From contig NC_043003.1 in assembly GCF_006345805.1 (NCBI RefSeq), positions 31,558,001 through 31,622,000 on the forward strand: a DNA stretch of 64,000 nt, given 5' to 3'. This stretch comes from Octopus sinensis. Its lineage: Eukaryota. A model generated the notes under the pieces. It saw only the letters and a program-made list of their open reading frames with translations, made no database searches and was not told the DNA's origin. A program made the translations under genes and the position numbers. This document shows positions 1 to 12,954 of the stretch, piece by piece; within the stretch, counting starts at the first letter, position 1, and each line of letters opens with the position of its first letter.

Positions 1-480
1 GAGAGCAGTTCTACAGGCAAAAGGATGACAAAATTGCCAGTACTGCACTCAATAAGTTTTGGGGACATTTGTAGTACCTCTATGAGGAGCTTGTGGCCCT
101 TACATTATTTGATTCAGGTGCATGCTCTGCAGAAACCAGTTGATTCAAAACCGAGCAAACGCGCATCAATAAATCCTGAAAAAGTTGAAACAGGTTTTGA
201 TAACTGCCAACACAAAAAGATTCTTTGAAATCCTAGAAGTGCCTTGCAAGAATCTTGAAAAAGATGCTGAAGAATGAAATGAGAATGGAAGTTAGGCGAA
301 TGCAAGAAATATCGCATTTGGTCTCAAAGTGGTAAACGACATTGCGGAAAGAGGTGTACGCCCGATGGAGGAATACAAATAGACAACCAATGATGAAGAG
401 CAGAAACAATACCTTCTTCAAATTGTTAAAAGTTTCAAGTCGTCATTCTCAAACAAAAACAAGAAGACATTACTCTTGCT
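1..480 (+). pseudogene. Degenerate C-terminal part of a Cc8L18.2-like (putative DNA-transposon) protein, truncated by the window start
   Basis: Manual translation across stops gives HL*YLYEELVALTLFD ... TKRFFEILEV..LEKDAEE*NEN..ANARNIAFGLKVVNDIAERGVRPMEEY..TNDEEQKQYLLQIV. This matches the HLWYLSEELVAL / VVNDxAERGV / EQKQxLLQVV motifs of this family as recalled. Confidence 0.6.
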
Positions 481-484
481 TCAC

Positions 485-517
<33 letters not shown>

Positions 518-539
518 GAACTTACATAAGTGGTTATGA

Positions 540-2005
540 TATGCCTATTCGGGAAACTTTCACATAAAAAGTTAACACGGAAAAATTGACATTTAAAAAT
601 GTAGAGTGTTTTCGTTGTGAAAATACAAGACATATAAAAACGCACTGTATTACGTAGATGACAAAACGTCAAAACAAAGGAAAGACAATAAACAGCATGT
701 CATCGGAAGAAATTGGTAATATAACAATGAGAACATTCGTGAATGTGAAAATCAGAAATACAAGTGTTAAAATGCAGTTGGACACTGGACGTGATATCAA
801 CATTGTAAGCGAAAAACACTTGGAAATATGTCGGGAAGCCGAGATTAATGAAATCGAAAAAGGTAGCGCATGGTGTTACGAGAAAAAGATTATATTTGTT
901 CGGTGAATTTGTACATAATGTAACATTTCGAGGTCAAACAAAAAAGGCAAAATATGTTTGTTAAAAAGTTCACTTAATTTATTCGGCGCAGAGTTGATGG
1001 AACTATTCAAAGTATGAAATACACCCATAAATGTTTTGTGTGGAAATATAGTCGGTTAAGTCGAAGGTTCGAATGCGGCTGAGGAACTGAAGCTAAATAT
1101 TGCAGTAAAACAGAATTGAACACCTGCATGTAAGCCAAAACAAAATTAAAAAATGCCCAAATCATTGCTCAAAGTAGATGTTCCGTGGTCGAGACTACCC
1201 ATTGATTTCGATGGTCCTTTAAGTGGTTCTTACTACTTAGTGTTGATAATTTTTCGAAATTGTTTGAAATGTCTAAGTGTAAAAAACCAACCACCTCAAC
1301 TTTGGTAAATTTGTTACAGGAATTGTTTGCAAGATTTGGCTTCCCAAACAAGATAGTGTCTGACAATGGAACACCATTTATATCTAGAAAATTAAAAAAA
1401 AAAGAATTGTGGAACGTTCGTCTTAGGACATATAACTACGGCACCATACCATCCCAAATCTAGTGGAGTAGCAGAACGCGTTGTTGACATCTTCAAAAGA
1501 GCCCTTTGAAAATCGCTTAAGGAAGTCACAGATAAGGTAGCTATACAACATTATTAAGAGTGTACCGTGTGACACCAAATCTGAATACACCAGCAGGTAG
1601 ATCACCAGCAGAGCTGATATTTGCAACAAAAGAAAAAGGAAGACATTACAAGATTCTTTATAGTTGGTGAAATGGTGTATACGATGGCATACAAGAATGG
1701 AAAGCAGAGTTGGGAAGATGGCGTAATTACCAAATGCATAGGTAAAATTATGCATTTTGTAAAAAGTAGAAAAAGCATAGAAAAGAGACACAGGAACCAA
1801 CTGAAAAAGAGGTTCGTGAAAAGCGAACCAAAGAAGTTAGAGAAACCGATGAAATGGTTGCTCGATACGCTTCAAGTACCAACACCCCTACAGGTGATTG
1901 AACTCAGGCGTACAAGTGAGATAAAAAAAAAAATCGTACAGAGTTCCTGAAAGCAGATGCCAAGCACAAAAGATATTGAATTGTACGAAAAAAGACCTCA
2001 AATAA
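540..2005 (+). mobile_element. Internally deleted Ty3/Gypsy (K02A2.6-like) LTR-retrotransposon remnant: gag zinc knuckle, protease and integrase; RT/RNaseH absent
   Basis: CFRCENTRHIKTHC (CCHC) at ~605-650; protease QLDTGRDINIVS at ~775-810; integrase WSRLPIDFDGP...LFARFGFPNKIVSDNGTPF...TAPYHPKSSGVAERVVDIFKRAL at ~1185-1510. Multiple stops and frameshifts. Confidence 0.85.
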
Positions 2006-2010
2006 GGAAG

Positions 2011-2110
2011 GTGGTAAACGACATTGCGGAAAGAGGTGTACGACTGATGGAGGAATACAAATAGATAACCAATGATGAAAAGCAGAAACAATACCTTCTT
2101 CAAGTTGTTA
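2011..2110 (+). repeat. ~100-bp direct duplicate of 329-428
   Basis: gtggtaaacgacattgcggaaagaggtgtacg...cagaaacaataccttcttcaa occurs at both positions with few substitutions. Confidence 0.9.
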
Positions 2111-2399
2111 GATTATTGCTAAATAAAATGACACTTCCTAAGAGAAACTTTAAAGGGGAGATGTTTTAGGGAATTAATAATAATGGTACAATGCTTCCAT
2201 ATAACGAATGGAATAACCTAGTCACTCTAAGTAAAGAGAGGTACGTGAAGTACCAGAGTACGTAGTAGGCGATCAGAGATAGCCGTGTCTTTACTTGTTT
2301 TACTTAGTATACTGTATACCGAAGTGAACGTTATAACAATCCAAAATTTTAAGGATTATAACGCATACATACATACATACATACATACATACACACATA

Positions 2400-3560
2400 A
2401 GAATAACTATGGACAACAGCTTCGAAACCGCCAGTATCTATATCCGGATTACAAATTTACATTTACACTAACAAGTAATTGTTGCACTTGCTTTTGTGAG
2501 TAAGTTAGTCTGGATAAGCTCCGATTTTCAGTAGAAGAAGTCAACCAACTAACTCGATCACTAAAAATATAATCTGTAAGTGGAACAGCAAAAATATGCC
2601 AGGGATTTTTCAAGTTTAAAATGTGACATTGTCTTCATTATCACCATTCCAACGGTGGAGCTTTGATTCTTTGTTAGAAATTAGCCTCTGTCACAGAGAA
2701 ATAATTTAAATAATTAATAACATAACAGATCATACAAAGAAAACTCGGATTTGAAACGCACAACAAACCAAACAACATTCTGAATACTTGAAAAAGCCAA
2801 TAATATCGACAGAAATTGCAACTTCTGTTGAATATATTAATGCAAGGTCACATCACACCTCGAAGGTAATGCATTTGACCGAAAAATGCGACTGAAAATA
2901 TAGATTTTGACGTTGCTGGAGAAGACATTACACGTGATTATCAGCAGCCCCAAAATTGTCAACAAAGTACTACTTCCTTATGCAAATATGCTTTGACGCA
3001 AATACAATATACACTGCCATTCGTGAAAAAAGACTCCTGGAATAAATATAGAGAATCCTCTAGTTATTGAATACATACACTAACATCATCACAAGAAATA
3101 CTGGAGGAACATTCCCATCAAAATACCTGTCATGTACAAGCATAACAGGCCGGATATTATTGTTTGGGACTGAAAAGAAAAATATGTACTGTTAGAGATG
3201 TCAGGGGTCCTGTTGACGTGAATATATTTTTGAAAATCAAAAAGAATGAGTATAACCATGGACAATTACTTCGACATTTCCAGATTGTAGATGCACATTT
3301 ATACCAATAATAATTCGTCCAGTTGCTTTTGTGAGTAAATGCCAATCAGGATAGTCTAGATTTTTCAGAAAAAGAAACCAACCAGCTAAGTCGTATATTA
3401 CAAGTACAATCTCTAAGTGGAATATTAAAAATATGCCAGACTTTTCCCAACTTGAGAATTCGACATTGTTTGCTTTCTATATCCCAACGGTAGAAAATTT
3501 TATCGTTGTTACAAACCAGCTCCTTCCTCAGAGGAAGAATTTAAATAATTAAAACCAGAA
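2400..3560 (+). mobile_element. Two tandem 3' remnants (2400-2720 and 2760-3560) of an RLE-type non-LTR retrotransposon
   Basis: NYGQQLRNRQYLYPDYKF; decayed zinc finger (..GEDIT.IISS.PKLSTKYY); RPDIIVWD*KEKIC..D.NI endonuclease motif. Both copies share the terminus taagtggaa..aaaaatatgccag...ccaacgg...aatttaaataattaa. Confidence 0.65.
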
Positions 3561-4489
3561 GAAAACATATGCACATACACATCAAACACACACACACACA
3601 CACATCATTACTACGTATGGATAGTTATATACGAGATTGTAACATCGCAGGGCCCACGGGATTTTGCCCGTTGCATGTTATAAAACCACATAGCTGTACT
3701 AACCTTTTAGATCAAAGCAACATCTGGATGTTTGGCCAACTAAATCTACTTGCCTTAATTTAAGTAGCTACAATAACATAGTAGTGGCCTGTCAAAATGC
3801 ATCTTAGTTCACACAGTATTGAAGGTATAACATTAAATATATCTAACAAAGACAGAAACAAGTTGTAATCTCACCAGTAGTATGTATGTATGTACATAAG
3901 CATATAGATGTGTGTATATGTGAGTGCATTAGGCAATACTAAATGAAGGAACATGCTAAAGTTTACGATACTTGAACAGTATTGTAGTGTTTTTGTTTTG
4001 CTTCTGCAAACTGGAAACATTGCATTGGAATAAAATATAACAGCAATATCATGAGAAACAGCAGCAACCATAACACACAAACTAGTTTTGTCCTTGTACA
4101 AGATTATATCAAGATTATATAAGATTAATCACAAAACAAACATGCATAAACACGCACATACACACTCCTCACATAGTTAGATGCATGCGCATTTTATTTT
4201 CCAATCTTCTACTTTATCAACGACTCTAGAGAACGAGTGAGCTGATAAGCTTTTCTGCGATTCATTTTACCTTCAAAGATATTTATTTTTATCGTATTTC
4301 AACAACTTGCTGAAATTTGCTTTTGCGAGCAGATATATTCCCATGATCAAACGCAATATTTAGAGATAGAATTTTCTGTGACACAAAATATAATTTAAAT
4401 CTGCATTGAAATATGAAACAAAATAAAGAAAAATATAGGTAGTCATCCCTCTTTTTAATAACTTGTTCGCAAGATTTAGATATAAGAGG

Positions 4490-4700
4490 GTGGTGAACAA
4501 GTAAAAACGTTAACCCGTTGGACAAAATACTTAACGGCATCTCTTCCGGTTGTTTACTTTCTGCGCTCAAATCCCATCCAGGCAAACTAAGAGTTTCATA
4601 TTTCTGGGGTCGATAAGATAGAATAACGGTCAACTACCGGGGTCTATGTAATCGCCTTGCACTTTCTCCCAAATTTCAAGCCTATACTAGAAACAATATT
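4490..4700 (+). mobile_element. Degenerate SINE, family A (core gtcgactttgcctttcatcc..ggggtcgataaa)
   Basis: Similar to the better-preserved copy at 40964. Confidence 0.6.
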
Positions 4701-4974
4701 TAGATGTAGATTTTCGTTAATTCCTACACAAATGTCAATTTCCAAGGTAAAAGCACCAACGAGGGTCGCTCGATCTCTTGGATATATTAGCCAGAAACTC
4801 TCATAAAATTACATCTGTCGCAAAAAATAACATTTCACAATCTAGTTTTAGCTATCTTTTCAAGTTTTTCCAATAAATATGCTTTTGAGCCTAGGCCTAA
4901 CTGGAATTGTTACAATAGAGTAGGTTATAGAGTGGCAATAGTCTGGGATTGCCTTATTAAGCCATATCTTCCGA

Positions 4975-7900
4975 TGAAAGAGACTTTTTCCTGCTCTTTC
5001 CATGGGCAGGAAGATCGCCTCCAGTATTCTGGCAGGGTTACTCAAGGCAGGTAGGTTGATGTTGAACTCGAACTCGCAAACAGTTTTCTGGTTGCCTGCA
5101 TGTGGAGCAGTATAGCATGTGTGAAACCTTGGTGGAAGAACTGTCAACCGACCCAACGTTTAGGTACACAAGATGTTGGGTAAAGAAATCCAAAACATAT
5201 GAATAACCAGGGTCAACCTATTCAATCAGAGAAATACTGCGATCATCAATAGACGTAATTCACACGGACGATTATACTGAGTTATCGAAAGACTAGTAAT
5301 GACCATAGATCATTCCAGAAACTCATACCGCATCGATCGTGGCACGGATTACCAAAGGTCATAACTAGGCGTGCCGGTTCTGGCACCTACGTCCGACATG
5401 TCAGCTACAGGACCAACATCGAAATTTGCCAGATGAAGCATCCTGTTAAAGTATCGACTTTCAATGCAAGAACTTTGAAATCTATGTTTCAAATGTCAGA
5501 ACTTGCTGCATCAGTTATCAACTTTGATATCAACATCCTGTGTGTACAGGAACACTGTCTCTTCCATGAAGATCACGATTTAGAGCATCATGAACTCGAT
5601 AAAAACTGGACTTTTGTGTCTGTATCTCCATGGATAAACTTTATTAATAGCACCATCGGCGGAGTAGGATTATTACTCAGCCCGCATGCCCTAAACAGCG
5701 TTGAGAAAATAACATCTAGAATAATGGTTGCCAATTTCAACGGTAACCCTTCTACTACTGTCACCTGGTGCTACAGCTCAATAAATGTCAACGATGAAGA
5801 AGGGGTCATAAATGTTTACAATGATCGTCTCTTGTACGATCTTTACCAAAACACAACATCCTCATTATTGGCGGACATATGAATGCACAATTAGGCCATG
5901 ACAATCCCCATCATAAGTAGTCGTTCCATCAGACCTCAAACCGAAATGGAGAACACTTAGTGCAATACTTGGTAGAAAACAAACTTCAAGACCTGAAGAC
6001 TTTTTTCAGACGAGAACAGGAAAAAGTGGACCCATACTTCCCCAAACAGATTCAAAGCTCAGCTCATCAAGAACAAAAAGTGAATTAACAGCTGTCACAA
6101 CTGTGAAGTATACATCACTTTCTTTGGTGTATCATCTGACCATCGAGTGGTAACATCTAAGCTTCAGGTAAGCATCTGAGCAAAGAAGATAAAAGAAACC
6201 TTAATACCGCCCTACAACTGGGCTATTCTGACGTACTACGAACAAGTCCGAAATTATTTCACGATCAAACTCAGATATTGCTTCGATGCATTACAAGATG
6301 TAAACGAAGATCACACACCAAACACAACATATCTCAACTTCGTCCAAGCTCATTATGAGGCTGCTGAAAAATGCATCCCTTTGAGACCAATAGTGAAACC
6401 CTTGAGAGCCCCTTGAGAAAGCGACACAGTGCTCGCATAAAAGAAATAAGCAAACAGCACAACAAGAATCCTACGAGAAGAAACTTAAATAGGAAACCGA
6501 ACGCGTTGAAAGAACGTATTATATCAGACGCAACAGCAAAAATACATTCAAAGCCAAATCGATAATATCAAAAACGCAACAGACAACAAACAGTTTTCTT
6601 TGACGTGGCAAACAGTAAATGAGGTGAGTGGTCGGAAGAAATCCTCCAAAGCGACTTTCAAGGCGTCTAGCCTACAGAAGAGACTGAATAAGTGGGAAAA
6701 CCATTTTCAAAAACTTGAGAAATCACGGAATACATGAAATCAGTGGCTCCATCGTATTGTTGAGGAGGTCCTGGATATCAAGCAGGGACCCTTCTCGATA
6801 GAAGACCTTGAAGTCGTACGGAGGAAGACCAAAAACCGAAAGGCTGTAGGATTGGATGATATCCCTCCCGAAGTCTGGAAAACCGGCGAATTCAATGATA
6901 TTCTTCTCAAACAGTGCAACACAGTATATCATCAAAGCAAGATAAAATTCTGGACAGAAGGATGTATTCTGCCTTCCCCCCAAAACGGGGATCTAGGCCT
7001 CGCAATAAACTACAAGGAATTACATTAACACCAATTGCAGCTAAAATTTACTATGCATTGCTACCCAATCGAATCCAACCTCAAATTGAACGGGTTCTTA
7101 GGAAAAATCAAAATGGATCCAAGAAGAGCCGCTCTACATCTGGTTGAATTCTCTCAGTTAGGAGGATGTTGGAAGGAGTACGAGCCAAAAATCTTAATGC
7201 AATTCTGTTCTTTGTTGATTTTTTCAAGTTCTGTACAGGGATAAGATGGCAGAAATCCTTAGGGCATATGGATGAAACGATAAAGGCAGTAATGATGCTG
7301 TATAAAAACACCCAAGTGAAACTGCGGTCATCGGAGATACTGACTTCTTCGATGTTCGGGCAGGAGTACTGCAGTGCGATGAACTAGCTCCTTATTTGTC
7401 TGTGTATCCCGTGTCTCGATTATGTATTGCGTACCTCAATAGATCAACAAATGACTTGCGTTTCACTTTACAGCAGTCAAGAAGTAGAAGATATCCGGCT
7501 ACCTACTTGACAGACGCCGATTATTCTGATGGCATTTCACTCTCCGCAGACAATACAAAAGATGTTGTTTACTCCATCTCTTGGAAAATGCTGCCGCTAA
7601 CATAGGACCATATGTGAATGAAAAGAAACACCAGGTGAAATCAGGACCATCAAACAGAAGCCCTTGAAAAATGTAAACGAGTTTACTTACCAAGAGAGCA
7701 ATATTGTGGCCACTGAAAAAGATATTAAATCTCGCGTTGCTAAGGCTTGGGCAGCTATAGACTGGCTTAGAACAATGTGAACGTCAGCTTACCAGATAAA
7801 TTGGAGAGAAATTCTTCAGAGATGTTGTTGAATGTATCTCCGACTTGGACTCCCACCAAAAGACTCAGGTGCATGCTGGACGGTGCCTACACCAGATTGT

Positions 7901-8400
7901 TACGTGCAGTGGTCAACATCTCTTGGAGAGAGCAGAGCTTTCTCCGTCCGGGTTGCGGATCCGTGCAATAAGCTGCCGGATGAGAAAATGAAGATGTTGA
8001 CGACCGCTCGGTTCAAAGTCTCTCTTGACCAGAAATGGCCTGAACTCTTTGCATGAACACCCTCCCTATACATAACTCCATGTCCCCCTATATGGCCTTG
8101 CTTTTCGCTTTTTGAGCCAAAATTAACTTAATAACATCGGTTATATGGGAATGCACCAACTTTCTCATCAACTATACAACAGCGTAGATTGAGGTTTGCT
8201 GACCACTGTTTGAGACGTAAGGAAGACCTTGTGAGTAATGTAGCAAATTGTGGTACCACAGCGGCAGGAAGACCATGGAATACGTATATACAACAGCTTG
8301 CAGAAGATGTTGGCTGGCAAGTTAAATACTTAAAAACACTAATGGACGATCGGGAGAAGTAGTTAAGCTGGTCCCGGCAATCAGCCCGACTGGATGATGC
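4975..8400 (+). mobile_element. Near full-length degenerate RTE-clade LINE (APE endonuclease + RT)
   Basis: APE motifs VSTFNARTL, ILCVQEH, GGVGLLLS, CYS..N and SDHR. RT motifs GLDDIPPEVWK, GITLTPIAAKIY, LRKNQNG, FVDF, AGVLQ..LAPYL and TDADYSDGI (YADD-derived). Many frameshifts. Confidence 0.9.
7930..8135 (+). mobile_element. 3' end of a CR1/L2-type LINE inserted in the RTE element
   Basis: RAFSVRVADPCNKLPDE..TTARFKVSLDQKW resembles the CR1 C-terminus FSxRVVxxWNxLPxxVV..FKxxLD. It is followed by a short 3'UTR, and RTE sequence resumes at ~8135. Confidence 0.7.
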
Positions 8401-8444
8401 CTCGATAAAGAAATATTACATATACGACGTAATATAAAAGACTG

Positions 8445-8600
<156 letters not shown>

Positions 8601-8619
8601 TAATGAGTGCGTATCTATG

Positions 8620-10500
8620 TGATATCGTACTTGTGGCATTTATGGTGTTGAAACCCAAAATATTTCGAGAACATTTCTGTCCTTTCTATTTCACACTTCT
8701 CACACACTTCCGAGTTCTTATACGTACGACATTGTCCTCCTCTCTATTAACTCACTGACATTCTCTCATCAAGTAAGCTACAATTTCACAGATTTCCCCA
8801 CACATTTTATACTCTGGTTTTGTCGATATGAAATATTACGTTGCTTGTTCCTAGAGCCTGTACCTCAGCTAAAAGGTCAATGCTTGAACTTTATGAATTA
8901 GACAGTCATTTATCCACGCATTTATCCACAGCTATTCATTCAGTGATCTTCCTGAAAACTTACTCAAGCATTATCTTACCATGCTAAACATTCTATAGTA
9001 TTAAGTATATATCATCTAAAACTATTTTGGTACCTTTCATGTCATTCACTGCTTACAGAGCTAATGCCACATATTTTACCCTTTATACATTATTTTCAAA
9101 ATTAATTACCCACCTTTCGTTTATGAAAGATATATAGAACTATTAATAATTTTTGCATGCAATGTTGTAAATATGAATATTGCTTTTCGATTTTATTATC
9201 GAAATAACTATTGTTATTACAGATTAATCTACAATGCCAAGACATTTTCTACTTTTCAGAGCAAGAAAATATTTAATCTCTTAAGAACTACCGATCTTCT
9301 GCAAACCTCAGGAGTTACCTAATGTAGTACTGCTCCAAGATTTAGGATGGGTCAGTGGCTACTCAACAGAGACATAGTTGGCAATATTTAAATAAAGACG
9401 ATTCGACTGATTGGTATGGAACTACTCAAAGCTATGCTTCAATATGTAATTCACATAGGTACTGTCCCCTTTATCTGCCTTTTCTACCGTTACTAAAATG
9501 TTCCCTATTCCTGAAATCTAGTTTCTCGTGTCACTGATACTCAAACACTTTCAATACTTTCGTCTCTCTTCTTCCCGTCTCTCACACAGTGTCCAGCTCT
9601 CAAGACTTACACTACTGTCCATCATACCCAGAAAGTTAGCCTTCCATAAATATTTCCTTTCACACATCTTTCTTGCAATCGTTGATTTTTCAACAGTTTA
9701 AGTGGGACTTTAACTGCATTAATCTAATCTGTGTCGATGGGCCAACGCAGGCAACTACCCAGCTCCGTCCTCTAGACCTTGCTAATAATAAGGGAAAAAA
9801 ATCTACACTTGCCTTCTTTATTAAAGATTAAAATCACTCTTTTGATTTCTTTAATAAAATATCCATTTATCTTACTTAGGTGTGTTATATCTACCTATTG
9901 ACAACATTTCATAACTCTCTGATTTTATATTTCGTTTGATGATGTGGTAATTGCATTGCACTTTCTTCAAACACCTTCCTCTTTTCATTATTAAATCTCC
10001 ACAGTTTTTAATTTCAAATTCCTTTCTAATACACTCACTAAGTCCCAGAAGTGTTTACACTTAATAGTTTATTGATTTTCATTCCTTGAGAACAATTTCA
10101 TAAAAAAACTAATTTACCTTACATAGTCTATTTTTAATAACGTACCCAGCCTATATCGTTTGCTGTAACTCTGTTGATCACACAAATAAGACAATATTTC
10201 ACTTTGAAATATTTTCATATTAATCATAATTCTTTCCATCTCTTCAGCTCGCTCTTCAAAATGGCTTCATTCACTTTGCTGTTTACTTGTAAAGATTTCA
10301 ATTAATTTTATGTTCCCTGTTACTTCTGCAATGTCAAATCATTCTGTTCACCAGACATAAAAGATTGACGTTTTATAATTGAACCAATGATATTGTGATA
10401 ATAATATCTCTACTCTAGCTGTATTATTTCCTAGTTATCTACGTATTCATGTGAAATATTAGCAATTAGATCTGTCGACAATTTCCATATTATTGAAAAT
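8620..10500 (-). mobile_element. Highly degenerate R4/Dong-type LINE
   Basis: Minus-strand remnants: MKIFQ (GIFQG-like), MKLFSRNENQ, LSECIRKEFEIKNCGDLIMKRGR (cf. DIGMEFGIKKCxxLxMKRGK), AEVQALGTS..FHIDK, KMCGEICEIVAYLMREC (CCHC finger). Confidence 0.65.
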
Positions 10501-10819
10501 CAAATTAACCCTCTAAAATCGACATGTTTTCTTGAGCCATCATTTTCAGCTGAGGTTCTCATCTGGTCAGTTACCATGTAAATCTTTCTTCATTCCCTTA
10601 CTGTAAGAAATCCTAGAAATATCGGATATATTTGTGACCTGTTCTATATAGAAAATTTGGGTCAGAAAGAAATCTGACAAACAGTGTAGCAGTGACTAAT
10701 CAGAGGCCTTGTGTCCTAACCAGACAGAAAATACCTTGCAGCTGCGGAAAAAAGACACAAACTTATATAACATTATCTACGACAAAAAACACAGTAAAAA
10801 CTCCCGTGGTAGATAATAT

Positions 10820-11430
10820 TGATTCCAAATTTTGTCACAAGGCCAGCAATTTAGGGGGAGGGGATAAATCGGTTACATCAATTCCAGTTTTCAAAAGGTA
10901 CCTAAAGAATGAAAGGCAAAGTCAATCTCGGCGGAATTTTAACTTAAAACATGGAGGCAGATGAAATGCCGCTAAGCATTTTACCCCGCATGCTAACGAT
11001 TCTTCCAAGCCCGCCGTCTTATATGTGATTGGTAATACTAGAATAATAGTAGTAATTCTTTTTACTCTAGGTACAGGAGCTGAACTTTTGCGCAAGGGTG
11101 ACTAGTCGATTACATCGACAACAGTTTTTCTACTAGTACTTAATTTATCGACACTGAAAATATAAAAAAGCAAACTTGATCTAACCGAAATTAGAACACC
11201 GTACGTAAAGCCGTAGTTGTAAACTAGAACTGAAGAAAGTGGTAATTACATGTCGGTTTGAAATTTTGGCATAAGACCAGCAAATTCGGGTGGGGTGGGT
11301 TCGACTCCAGTACTCAACTGTTACTTATTTTGTCGACTCCGAGAGAATGAAAGGTAAAGCCAACCTCTGCGCAATTTGAACTCAGAACTCAAAGACGTAG
11401 GAAATGTCACTAAACATTTTGCAAGGCCTG
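10820..11430 (-). mobile_element. Three degenerate family-A SINE copies
   Basis: Recurring gaatgaaaggcaaagtc..ctcggcggaatttgaactcagaac..gaaatgccgctaagcattt at ~10830-11020, ~11060-11210 and ~11260-11430. Confidence 0.7.
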
Positions 11431-11689
11431 ATAAATTTACAGGACTCCATTAAGTTTTTAGGCATAATTTTTGCTGCTTAGTTTTACTGTCGAGGACGTT
11501 ATTCCAGTTGCTTTACAAAAGAGGCTATTAAACAAACAAAACTTACTTGCACACACCCTTGTACATATAGAGATACATACATACATACATACATACATAC
11601 ATACATACATACATACATACTTACATACATGCAAGCATTCATGCATGAATGCATGCATACATATGTACATACATTCATAAATACATATA

Positions 11690-12954
11690 CAGGGTGGGTG
11701 GAAAGTAACTAGGCATTAGAAATTACTTATAGAATTTTTAGTATCACTGAAGTTATACAAAAACATTTCTTAAACAGAATAAATTAATGGAGATTATTTT
11801 CTTTTCTTATTGTCTTATTTCTTATATCTTATTTTCCAGATGGCCGGTCGCTCTGACTGTTTAGGAGCGAGCTAAGACAGCAGTACGCAATGAAGTGTGG
11901 AATTCCGTTGTTTTGGTTCAGAGATTGTGGCGTTCAGAGATGGTAAGCATACAACACTACGTCCGGAGAATATAAAAAGGTATCATGCAAAGCTGATGAC
12001 GACGGGCAATGTGAACGATGCAAGAAATGGCCGCCCAACCACATCCCGATCAGCGGAGAACGTGGCAATACTCTTTACTCTTTTACTCTTTTACTTGTTT
12101 CAGTCATTTGACTGCGGCCATGCTGGAGAACCGCCTTTAATCGAGCAACTCGACCCCGGGACTTATTCTGTTGTAAACCCAGTACTTATTCTATCGGTCT
12201 CTTTTGCCGAACCGCTAAGTAACAGGGACATAAACACACACACGCATATATATATATATATATATACATATATACGACGGGCTTCTTTCAGTTTCCGTGT
12301 ATCAAATCCACTCACAAGGCTTTGGTCGGCCCGAGGCTATAGTAGAAGACACTTGCCCAAAGTGCCACGCAGTGGGACTGAACCCGGAGCCATGTGGTTG
12401 GTAAACAAGCTACTTACGACACAGCCACTCCTGCGCAGGAAAATGTTAATCGCTGCTCGCAAAAATCAACACGTTAAGTAGCACGTGAATGTAGACTAAC
12501 AAAACACACAGTAAGTACAGTGTTGCATAAAGAATAAAATTTTTGTCCATGGAAACTCCATAACGTACAGGAGCCAAAACCTGAAGACTGTGACCGCAGA
12601 ATAGAATATGGGGAGCTAGGTTGGTATGAAGATTGGCCTGAATTGTTTGAAAATAATCTCTGGAGTGACGAGACTAGGATGTTATAATACCCACCACACA
12701 CTGGAAGAGTTAGAGACACAGGTTCTGATTCTCAATGATATTCCAGACGATGTCCTTCAGAAGGTTTCTCATTCCCTCCCTGGCTGTTTGAGGAAGCTGA
12801 TTGATCCCCACCGGTGCTTACGTTGAAATATAAAAAATTACTTTCAATTCCCCATATAATAAAGAACATGTGTCATTTGTTTCAGTAAATTTGTAAAAGG
12901 AATATGGATTTTATTACCAATTCTTAATGCCTACTTTACTTTTCACCCACCCTC
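11690..12954 (+). mobile_element. Internally deleted Tc1/mariner-superfamily DNA transposon
   Basis: TIRs cagggtgggtggaaagtaactaggcattaga / tcttaatgcctactttacttttcacccaccctc with TA at both ends. Transposase remnants KLMTTGNVNDARNGRPTTSRSAENV, ENNLWSDE and HTLEELE. Confidence 0.8.
12070..12436 (-). mobile_element. tRNA-derived SINE, family B (ggcgcaggagtggctgtgtggtaag...), inserted in the DNA transposon
   Basis: Reverse complement of the copy at 21094: A-box tggctgtgtggt, B-box-like gggttcagtccc, internal (TA)/(TG) run, gtaaaaga tail. Confidence 0.9.

Noticed and set aside
329-428. Direct repeats as Gypsy LTRs
   Set aside because: No TG..CA ends, PBS or PPT seen; the sequence is coding remnant of a different element.
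4985-5165. HDV-like ribozyme in the RTE 5'UTR (GCC-TCC..GGC)
   Set aside because: L3 would be 11 nt and no P1/P2 pairing could be built by eye; only a simple hairpin (ttcctgctc/gggcaggaa) is evident. An RNAMotif HDV search would be decisive.
11897-12481. 194-aa ORF
   Set aside because: Chimeric read-through from a transposase remnant into an antisense SINE.
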